From Chloroflexota bacterium (GTDB taxonomy: Bacteria; Chloroflexota; Dehalococcoidia; Lucifugimonadales; JADFKI01), in contig JAQBUT010000001.1 of NCBI GenBank assembly GCA_027623195.1, forward strand, positions 1 to 64,000: a DNA stretch of 64,000 nt. The letters run 5' to 3'. Both the position numbers and the translations under genes were made by a program. Numbering within the stretch: the stretch's first letter is position 1; every line of letters starts with the position of its first letter. The notes under the pieces were generated by a model that saw nothing but the letters and a program-made list of their open reading frames with translations, ran no database searches and had not been told where the DNA came from. This document shows, one piece after another, positions 1-8,078 of the stretch.

Positions 1-94
1 ATAGTTTATCCCTCTTTCAGGAGCTCACTCTACCTGCCTATAGTCTCCACTAATTTCAGGTCCATTTGTGTCCCACTTTCGCTGACGGTCTACA
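1..94 (-). mobile_element. Probable left end of an insertion sequence (5'-TG terminus, IS3/IS481-like); transposase would start at the window edge
   Basis: Minus strand from 94 reads TGTAGACCGTCAGCGAAAGTGGGACAC, resembling IS inverted repeats, then an RBS-like GAGGGA and AT at the edge; it coincides with the abrupt end of the upstream ORF. Confidence 0.55.
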
Positions 95-766
95 GGCGCC
101 GAGACCTCCGCCGAGTACCGTTATCGTCGCAGTCGTTGCGCCCATTCGGATGAGGAACTGTCGGCGATTGATCGTCTGGACCGACGGGGCCTCCGTAGCA
201 GAAACCAGTGCGTCGGGCTCCGCCTTTATCATCAGCCTGCGGTATATGGGGACTAAGGACAGACCCCATAGCAGGAAGAGTATCATCAGTCCGAAGAGGA
301 TCAGCACAGGATGTAGACTTGATTGTCCCATGGGAAGGCTGACTGCCACCAGGGGGACTCCCAACACCGCGCCAAAAACCAGGCCAGCAGAATACGATGG
401 GGCCGTAGCCTTGGCCCTTATTATCCTGAACAGGAGCGCGACTGCTGCGACACAAATGACGAAGAACATCAGGACGGCCGCCATCTGCTCCCCGGTCTTG
501 GCGGAGTCGGCAACGCTCAGACCCACCAGGCGCATCCCGTCAATCATCAGGTCGATGCCGAAGGTGACTACGGGACCCGGCAGCACCCTCGCCGTCCAGT
601 CGAACAGCGCAAAGGGAACGAAGGGGAACCCGGCGGCCTTGTCCAGAAGGTACATCAGGCCGACCACAGGCGGAGTTGCCAGTGCACCGGCCAGGGCGCC
701 CAACAACAGGCCTGGTTCCCGCAATCCGTTGACAGGTACGCTATTTAATCGCATCAATGTCCTCAA
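56..766 (-). pseudogene. N-terminal membrane portion of a probable sulfite-oxidase-family molybdopterin oxidoreductase, truncated at ~95
   Basis: Several TM helices, then an internal INRRQFL Tat-like motif and hydrophobic helix; the sequence turns to a nonsense tail exactly at the putative IS end. Confidence 0.5.
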
Positions 767-1193
767 GAATCATCTACTGGGGACGTCCAATGATTACTGC
801 AACAACTGTCATCCAATTTGGAGAATCTCGAACTGTTGCAGACACATTTCGCGCCAACCATCTAACACTATCCAATTTTAGCGCGCAAAACAATTGATCT
901 GCGTGAAAGAACCTTACAGAAACATTAATTAGTGAGGCCGAAGAATGGGGTTAGCCCGCATTGACCATCAGCCATTTTCTACGCCAGGGTCAACGCGGGT
1001 TCCGCAGGCTGTTGATTCTGTCAGCGACGCTCATGCGCTGACGCGGCCGTGGTACGGCACAGGCGTGAACGGACGTCAATGAGCATCACGGAGACTCGTC
1101 GAAGAGGCAGCAGACGCTCCAACGACATGCACGTAGCGAACGGGGGCTTCCCCCGCCTAGTGGTGGGCATCCCTGCCGGAAGTCACGATTCCA

Positions 1194-2384
1194 TCACCGC
1201 GCACCGTGACGCCGAGCCAGAGCATTTAGCTTCGCCACTGCGTCTTCGTAGACAAGGAACCGCTTCTCGTCCTTTCGAAATGCGGACGTGTGTGCCATTC
1301 GTCTCCCATTCGTGACCCTTACGCCATGCTTCTTGTGCAGGAGCTCGTGGTACATGACGTAGTCAACTAGCTCCTCCGGTACGGCGGTATCGTCCAGCGA
1401 GATGGACAGCATCACGGTGTCACGGGCAGACTCGTAGTGTCCGAACTTTCTGGATGTGATGACATTGTTCCAGCAAAGCTGAGGTTTGCGGATGCTACCT
1501 GAGAAGTAGACGGTGTTCACGCGGTCGAAGCTCTTATCCAGGCTGTGCACGCGGCCTGCTGTTGATTCGTCAGCGAGCCTGGCATGTGACTCCATCTCAA
1601 AGAGCACTCCGCTGAATTCCTCGGATTCAATGTACTCATTCACAACGCCCCGCGCCTTGCCGTCGCCCCCCCTGGAGACCGAACTCCCAATGAGCGCCTG
1701 CCAGACTATCTCATCGGCGTAAAGGAACCCTTCATTGCTCTTCAACGACACCAGTTTGCCGCGATTCCTCCTGCGCCAGGTGGAGTTCATGTTCGCCATG
1801 TGCAGCTCCACACCGTCAGACTCCGGAGTTCTTTGCGCGAGAGCCGACCTTCCGCGATCCAGCGCCGACAGGTGCAGCATGAGGTTGTCGCCATCCAGAA
1901 GGAATTTCAGCCAGCAGTACGCTCGCCTGGATGGTGCTCCCAACGAGGACGGCGTTGCGCCACGCCCAGAGCAGGCTTTCTCGATTTCGGTGACAAATTC
2001 CTGCATTTCAGATTTCAAATGGTCCCTGGATTCGGCAGATTTAAGCAAAGGCGCAAGCTCGTCCCACATTCTCTTCGAGAAGAGCCCCGTAATCTTCACG
2101 ACACGTGAAATCTTCAACACTGATCGGCTAGGGGACGGGCTGTTCTTCCCGGAGGACGGCATCCTGTTGGATTCAAGCTCCTTCAAGTACCTGTACGCCT
2201 TGCGCGAAGGAGCAGGCAGTTCTGTGGGCTTCGTGCCGAACTTGGCGCACAACTCCTCTACCCGCTCGACAATGGCACCGGCATATCTTCTGAGTTCGTG
2301 GGCCTCCGCAGGCGGAATCCCCGCCTGAAGTCGGGCGCGCACTTCGTTAAAGGCCCGCACCAACCCTCTAATTCGTAATGTCAT
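1194..2384 (-). CDS. SprT/YgjP-like zinc metalloprotease with a long N-terminal extension
   Basis: C-terminal FDRVN..YF..W....RKFGHY...YVMYHELLH...H...F motif; start placed at ATG 2384. Confidence 0.75.
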   Translation of the reverse strand: MTLRIRGLVRAFNEVRARLQAGIPPAEAHELRRYAGAIVERVEELCAKFGTKPTELPAPSRKAYRYLKELESNRMPSSGKNSPSPSRSVLKISRVVKITGLFSKRMWDELAPLLKSAESRDHLKSEMQEFVTEIEKACSGRGATPSSLGAPSRRAYCWLKFLLDGDNLMLHLSALDRGRSALAQRTPESDGVELHMANMNSTWRRRNRGKLVSLKSNEGFLYADEIVWQALIGSSVSRGGDGKARGVVNEYIESEEFSGVLFEMESHARLADESTAGRVHSLDKSFDRVNTVYFSGSIRKPQLCWNNVITSRKFGHYESARDTVMLSISLDDTAVPEELVDYVMYHELLHKKHGVRVTNGRRMAHTSAFRKDEKRFLVYEDAVAKLNALARRHGAR

Positions 2385-2683
2385 GATGTTGAGTACGTTA
2401 GGAGATTTCCCAGCCAGATTCAAGACTTGATACGGCCGAGGCCCGAAAGGCGACCGGACCATTTGGCTTCGAGGTCGTCTTTCCTGAAAGGGCCTATCTG
2501 AATCTCTTCAGCTAATATACGGGGGCGCTCCTGTGAAATCTGGGCCCCCGAAACCATGATTGCTTTCAAAAGCCGCCGGTTCACGCTAAGAGACTTGTTC
2601 TTGCCGGTGAACCAGAGTGGCTGTAGGTTAAGCGTAGCGGATCAGGCTCATTACGTGTAGGTCACAAAGCAGTAGCCAGGGCG

Positions 2684-2833
2684 GTGTCAAAAGAGTACAT
2701 CTCCCAGCAGGGAGCTGGAAATCATGATGGGCGCGCAGGGGATGATGAGCCGAAATCGTGGGAGGACGGCAACGACGAAGGCAACGACGAGGACGAAGGC
2801 GACAATGGGAACGGTCGCGACGACGAGGATTAA
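2684..2833 (+). CDS. Small, highly acidic 49-aa peptide (hypothetical)
   Basis: GTG..TAA open frame MSKEYISQQGAGNHDGRAGDDEPKSWEDGNDEGNDEDEGDNGNGRDDED, followed by a hairpin. Confidence 0.4.
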   Translation: MSKEYISQQGAGNHDGRAGDDEPKSWEDGNDEGNDEDEGDNGNGRDDED

Positions 2834-2840
2834 ACTGCGA

Positions 2841-2868
2841 GGCCCCGCACCTTTTTCGGGTGCGGGGC
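2841..2868. terminator. GC-rich hairpin between convergent ORFs
   Basis: GGCCCCGCAC..GTGCGGGGCC inverted repeat. Confidence 0.6.
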
Positions 2869-2911
2869 CCAGCCCACTCCACTCTGCCCATTGGTAACGG
2901 ATTAGCCGCAG

Positions 2912-3944
2912 CTAACCGCCCTCCTCCTTGGCAGGTATCAGCAGCACCGGGTCGCCGGAGGACCGCACCAGGGCTTCTGCTACGCTGCCCAGCAGGAGCC
3001 GCCGAAAGCCCGTACGACCATGCGTGGTCATAACGATCATGTCCTGGGGCATCTTCTGGGCATAATCGACCAGCGCGGACGCAGGAGCGCCCCTCAGCAG
3101 CTCCCAGGATACGTTGAGCCCCTTGTTCTCCAGCTCTTCTCCGATGTTCTCCAGGTAGGTAACGCCCTCCTTCTCGATGGCTACCTCCAGGCCACGGGTG
3201 CCAACGAAGGGATAGACTCCTTCCGTCTTGGAGGCGCGAGCAAGGACTACATCCAGGTCCAGCGCCCTCGCCCAGGCGCTCTGCCACGGGCAACGCCTGC
3301 TCAGACAGGGTGGAGCCGTCCAACGGGACCATCAGGCTGGTGAAGATCGAGTCTCCAGACCAGTAGGCCTTGGCCCTCTCCGGCGAAATGATGAGCGTAG
3401 GCAGACCAGAAGAGTGCGCCACACGATCCGCAACGCTACCTATGAGGCCACGACCGAACGCCGTTCTGCCGTGGGTGGACATGGCAACCAGGCCACATCC
3501 ATCATTGTCGGCTGCGTCAAGTATCTGCTCCGCAGCGTCCCCGAACCTGACCAGCGTGGATACCGTGATGCCGCGGTCCACGATTTCCCTGGCCTTTTCC
3601 TCCAGGTAGCTTCTCATCTCAACGGCGGCCTCTTCGTATATTTGAGTGGCGTGCATCTGGCCCCGCTCGTTTATTACGGACTGGTCGAGCCTGGCGCTTC
3701 TGGGCGAAGACCCGCTTGACGGAAAATCGATGTCCACAACATCCACCCCCACGGAACTGATATGGCCTACAAGGGCATCAGCCCCAGGCCCCGAAGCGCT
3801 GTCCGGCATCTCAACGTCTTCGGGGTCGACAACCGATAGCAGGGTGACGGGTAGGTCAAGACCGCGAGCCATCTGCATTACGTAAGGAAGAATGCCTTCA
3901 GCCAATTCCGAGCCGTCCAAAGGAACCAGTATTTTCTTGAACAT
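2912..3944 (-). pseudogene. Tandem-domain universal stress protein with a +1 frameshift at ~3272 (real or sequencing error)
   Basis: KILVPLDGS and MSTHGR motifs; removing one G restores the second domain ...MTTHGRTGFRRLLLGSVAEALVRSSGDPVLLIP to TAG at 2912. Confidence 0.85.
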
Positions 3945-4205
3945 GACCTTTCCCTTTCGTGCTTAACACATACCTTCAAATGCCATTTCAGTAGCAATCA
4001 ACTGGTGTGGGATGTCTAAGCTATAAGCATCCCTATTAAGGGTGCCTTATCAGCCGTGAAGAAGTCATGAGGATGGCAAATGCAGCGAACCACACACCAA
4101 GTTCATTCCCACCAGCCGACATAAAAGGAAGCAAACCTGTCCATATGATAATTAGCGTAAAGTCGGACGGCGGACCATATTCATACGAAAGATACGAAAG
4201 AGTGG

Positions 4206-4943
4206 ATGAGCGAAATGCTTGCCAATATACTTAGCCAACTGAAGCTGACCAGGCCTTTGAAAGCCGTTGCTTGCGCCCTGATTGCATCCGTGATCTTGGC
4301 ATCATGTACAGCCACGGGCGACGGGACCGTGTCCGCAGAGCGCTTTATCCTCAGGGACGCGCAAGGGCAGCCGCGTGCCGAGATGGGGGTAGGAACTGAC
4401 GGAATCCCCACGCTGAATTTCTACGATAGCGGCCAGCAGTTGAGGTTGCAGCTAGGCGAATCGCTGGATGGCGGTATGGGACTTCAAATGTACGATGTCG
4501 ACGGCCGGAACCGGGCCAACGTATCTCTCAAGTCCGGCTCTGACCCAACCATAGAGCTGTTCGACACCAACGGGCGCAGACGGACTACGATTGACGTATC
4601 TCAGGACGGGTCACCTAACCTGGTGCTAACGGACGCCTTTGGCGTTGCCCGCGCTAGCCTGGCCATATCCAGTGAAGGCGTCCCTGGTTTGAATATCCTA
4701 GACTCCCAGGGGAACGTCCGAGTGGACCTGCGTGTATGGGATGACGACGTTTCCGCCCTTATCCTGTCCGACTCAGAAGGCGAGCCCCACGCCGCATTGG
4801 CGGCGTCCGAATCCGGCCCTCCGTCGCTGGTGCTGGCCGACGAAAAGACGAGGTCCCGTGTCGATTTGCGCGTTCTGGAAGGCGGAGTGCCGAATCTCAT
4901 CCTTACCGATTACCAGGGCAGTGTGCTGTTTACGGCGCCCTAA
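4206..4943 (+). CDS. Predicted lipoprotein made of ~23-aa tandem repeats
   Basis: Lipobox-like LASC; repeated P-x-L-x-L-x-D-x-x-G-x-x-R-x-x-L unit. Confidence 0.75.
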   Translation: MSEMLANILSQLKLTRPLKAVACALIASVILASCTATGDGTVSAERFILRDAQGQPRAEMGVGTDGIPTLNFYDSGQQLRLQLGESLDGGMGLQMYDVDGRNRANVSLKSGSDPTIELFDTNGRRRTTIDVSQDGSPNLVLTDAFGVARASLAISSEGVPGLNILDSQGNVRVDLRVWDDDVSALILSDSEGEPHAALAASESGPPSLVLADEKTRSRVDLRVLEGGVPNLILTDYQGSVLFTAP

Positions 4944-5265
4944 GGCAAAAAACCTAGGCGGCACACTGTCTTACTCCCTCACACCAACCTTTCTTCATGC
5001 TATCCTCACGGATTAGCCTCTATCCTAACAATAGGTAGAAAAAGCTCCGTAAGCCTTAACATCTCTTTTCTGAATACCTGCATCTTACAAGTATATTGGT
5101 TGGAGATTATAACTATTGCTGATGGGCCACGTTATAAAATTGGAAGAAAATTAATTCTAACGCGTCCAAGTTGGCTAAAATGCATAATGAGTCCAGATGT
5201 ATTGGTTTTCCAACAAAACACTTAATTAAGCATTTATTCATTGATTAGAGGAAAGAGGTCTGCTA

Positions 5266-6708
5266 TTGTCAGGGAACGCGCAGGCGGCATTTTTAGAACA
5301 AAGGCTCGAAATGTTTGAAGCCGACGATATCCGCCAAGGCCAATCGGGCGATATGGAACCTGATGTTGATGTGGAAGAGAGCAACGATTTGCTGTCCAAA
5401 GGGACTTCCACGTCTTACGATCAGTCCTCCGATGGGGACTCGACCGATACCATCAGGGAGTACCTCCGCGCCATAGGCCAGCACAAGCTTCTTACCGGTG
5501 CCCAGGAGATACCTCTTGGACAGGCCGTTGAGAGGCGAATGCAGCTTCGCGAGACTCGTTCACTGTTAACCGAAGAGTTGGGCAGACAGCCCTCCAATTC
5601 GGAACTAGGTGGACGAATTTATCAGTCGCTCATGTCCCACAGGCCCTCCATTGTGAAGCTGGCAAATATTCTTGGTCACAAGGCCGGACCGCGATCGACA
5701 ATGGGGCAGATCTTAACGCTCCCCGACGCTCGCGAGGCCATCGATAACCCGCTGCCACAGGAGATCAAGGCCACACTGGCGGAAGCCATCGAGTTGGATG
5801 AAAAGGCGGCTGGCAACGTGGTGACGGCGGCGTCCAAGCTAGCGTGGCTAATGCCTCTGGAGCTAATCCAGGAGCTGGGTACAGCCGTGCGCAAGGGCAA
5901 GCCGGAAATGAGGGAGCTTACTCCCTTGCTCAAGCCGCATGAGCAGGCTCTGGAGGAGTGGTGGCTGGATATCGAGAAGCGGGGCAGGGAAGCCGGCGAA
6001 CTCCTGACCAATTCCAACCTGAGGCTAGTTGTCAGCGTGGCCAGAAAGTACCTCAACAGAGGGCTGCCCATGCTTGACCTGATTCAGGAGGGTAACCTGG
6101 GCCTGATGAGGGCCGTGGAGAAGTTTGACGAGCACCGCGGTTACAAGTTCAGCACATACGCAACCTGGTGGATTCGCCAGGCGGCTACCAGGGCCCTGGC
6201 CGATCAGGGACGCACCATACGCCTGCCCGTTCACGTGGTGGAACGGCTGCAGCAGCTAAATTCCGCCGAGCGCAAATTGCTGCGGCAGTTGGACAGGGAG
6301 GCCACCCCGTCTGAAATGGCCGAAGAGCTAGGGTGGTCCGTACAGACCGTCGATAATCTGCTCCAGCAGCGCCAGCATACGGTGTCGCTGGAGACGCCCG
6401 TAGGCGAAGAAGAGTCGACTCTGGAGGACTTTATCCAGGACACGTCCAGTTGGACGCCTGACGAAGTTGCGATTCGCATGCTCACCCGAGCGGACGTGAT
6501 CGAAAGCCTGGATGACCTACCTCCGAGGTTGCGGCTGGTGCTGGCGTTACGGTTCGGTTTCCTCGACGACAGGCCGCGCACACTTGAGGAGGTCGGGCAA
6601 GAGCTTGGCGTCACCCGCGAGCGCGTCCGGCAACTCGAGCGTCAGGCCCTAGACAGGCTTCGCCATTCTGACCGCATACCTAGTTTGCAGGACTCAGGCC
6701 TGACCTAA
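5266..6708 (+). CDS. RpoD/RpoS-type sigma-70 factor
   Basis: Region 1.2 (DTIREYLRAIG), region 2 (NLRLVVSVARKY, DLIQEGNLGL, YATWWIRQ) and region 4 (TLEEVGQELGVTRERVRQLE). Confidence 0.95.
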   Translation: MSGNAQAAFLEQRLEMFEADDIRQGQSGDMEPDVDVEESNDLLSKGTSTSYDQSSDGDSTDTIREYLRAIGQHKLLTGAQEIPLGQAVERRMQLRETRSLLTEELGRQPSNSELGGRIYQSLMSHRPSIVKLANILGHKAGPRSTMGQILTLPDAREAIDNPLPQEIKATLAEAIELDEKAAGNVVTAASKLAWLMPLELIQELGTAVRKGKPEMRELTPLLKPHEQALEEWWLDIEKRGREAGELLTNSNLRLVVSVARKYLNRGLPMLDLIQEGNLGLMRAVEKFDEHRGYKFSTYATWWIRQAATRALADQGRTIRLPVHVVERLQQLNSAERKLLRQLDREATPSEMAEELGWSVQTVDNLLQQRQHTVSLETPVGEEESTLEDFIQDTSSWTPDEVAIRMLTRADVIESLDDLPPRLRLVLALRFGFLDDRPRTLEEVGQELGVTRERVRQLERQALDRLRHSDRIPSLQDSGLT

Positions 6709-6726
6709 GTAGTACAGGTAAACGGA

Positions 6727-6774
6727 CTTAAACACAAAGAGGAGCGCCATCTGGCGCTCCTCTTTGTGTTTAAG
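6727..6774. terminator. Bidirectional terminator-like 23-bp perfect inverted repeat
   Basis: CTTAAACACAAAGAGGAGCGCCA-TC-TGGCGCTCCTCTTTGTGTTTAAG between convergent genes. Confidence 0.8.
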
Positions 6775-6871
6775 CCTTTATTAGCGTCAAGCCATCTAAG
6801 ACTGCCTACGCTACCCTCGTATTTCACGCGAAAAGCATCTTGCGGAGGGCAGGGATGACGCCGGAACAACG

Positions 6872-7777
6872 CTAGCTCGCCGGGCGTAACACAAGCACAG
6901 GCTTTCCGCTGGAGCGAATCACCTTGTCCGTGACGCTTCCCAAAACCCACCTGCCCAGACCCGTTCGACCGTGGGTGCTCATAGCGATCATGCTATTGGG
7001 TTCAGCCTCCGCATCCTCCGTTATGGCCCGACCAATGTCCCCTTGAACGACCTTCCATTCGACGTTAAGGCCATCTTCACTCTTTATGAGATCAGCCTTT
7101 TCTTTCAAGTATTCTTTAGCGTAATCATCCACTATTTCCAGGGCGTTGACCGGATATGCGACCGGCTCCGTCCCGACATAGAGCTGGCTCATGGTAGGCA
7201 ATACCATAATTAGATTCATGTCCAATTTCATGCTTTTGGCCAGCTCTCTGGATAGGGGAAGAACAGCCTCGCTGTGCTCTGACATATCCAGCGGTATCAG
7301 AATGCTGGATATCTTGGCTACCTTTGCGGCATCCTCTTGTGGGTGCACCAACAGTAAAGGCACCTCCGTCCCGTTCACTATCCTGGTAGCAACGCTACCC
7401 AGCACGAAACGAAGGATTCCGGATCGTCCTCGGGTGGACATGGCGATGAGGTCGTCCGATGCTGATTTGGCGTACTCCAGAATCACTTCAGCCGCCACAC
7501 CGTATACGTTATGAACGGTGACATTTACCCCTTCAGCGGTTAGCCTTGCCGAAACTCGCTGTAGGTATTCGGCAGCGGCCAGCCGGGCGCTCTCGCGTAG
7601 CTCATCAATGTTGTCCCAGATTATCGGCTCATCCGCAAACATGTCGATCACTGGCTCGCTTACGGCGTGCAGTAATACCATGCGAACATTCAAAGCCTTG
7701 GCCATGGTGGTCGCATACGGCAAGACGCTTTCAGAACGCTCGGAACCGTCCAGGGGAACGATGATACGCTTAATCAA
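6872..7777 (-). CDS. Tandem-domain universal stress protein
   Basis: Two Usp domains (IIVPLDGS/MSTRGR; LIPLD/MSTHGR..LGSV); AAGGAG RBS before TTG 7777. Confidence 0.9.
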   Translation of the reverse strand: MIKRIIVPLDGSERSESVLPYATTMAKALNVRMVLLHAVSEPVIDMFADEPIIWDNIDELRESARLAAAEYLQRVSARLTAEGVNVTVHNVYGVAAEVILEYAKSASDDLIAMSTRGRSGILRFVLGSVATRIVNGTEVPLLLVHPQEDAAKVAKISSILIPLDMSEHSEAVLPLSRELAKSMKLDMNLIMVLPTMSQLYVGTEPVAYPVNALEIVDDYAKEYLKEKADLIKSEDGLNVEWKVVQGDIGRAITEDAEAEPNSMIAMSTHGRTGLGRWVLGSVTDKVIRSSGKPVLVLRPAS

Positions 7778-7846
7778 TAGGGTGCTCCTTAACAATAAGT
7801 CCACCCAAGAGTTTAACGGGTGGCGACCGGAAAATAAAGAACTTTT

Positions 7847-7984
7847 GGATTTGCACAATAGGTGTCGAGTTTGAGTGCATTGTCCTTCGACAGGCTCAGG
7901 ACGAACAGACTTCTAAACTTACCCGCCGCGGCGGGTGGTGAGCCTGTCGAACCACGGGCCTCATAACGTCTTTTTGTGCAGGCT
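7847..7984. repeat. MITE/REP-like element, copy 1
   Basis: TGCACAA..TTGTGCA ends with an internal TTCGACAGGCTCA/TGAGCCTGTCGAA palindrome; homologous to the copies at 28098 and 49601. Confidence 0.75.
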
Positions 7985-7996
7985 AGTGCCACATAC

Positions 7997-8050
7997 AAAA
8001 AACGAGGCTGCCAGGACGCTGATTTAAATGTCAGCGCCCTGACAGCCTCG
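7997..8050 (-). terminator. Intrinsic terminator of the molybdo-hydroxylase gene
   Basis: CGAGGCTG..CAGCCTCG hairpin with a T-run on the minus strand. Confidence 0.65.
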
Positions 8051-8078
8051 CCTGTCAGCTAAAGTTTGTCTGGCTCTA

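Noticed and set aside
66..881. 271-aa plus-strand ORF and similar long antisense ORFs (e.g. 8400-9335, 24437-25333)
   Set aside because: Antisense shadows of clearly recognisable genes in GC-rich DNA
2765..2830. CRISPR or tandem repeat array (GGCAACGACGA units)
   Set aside because: Short low-complexity codon repeats with no spacers; no cas genes in the window
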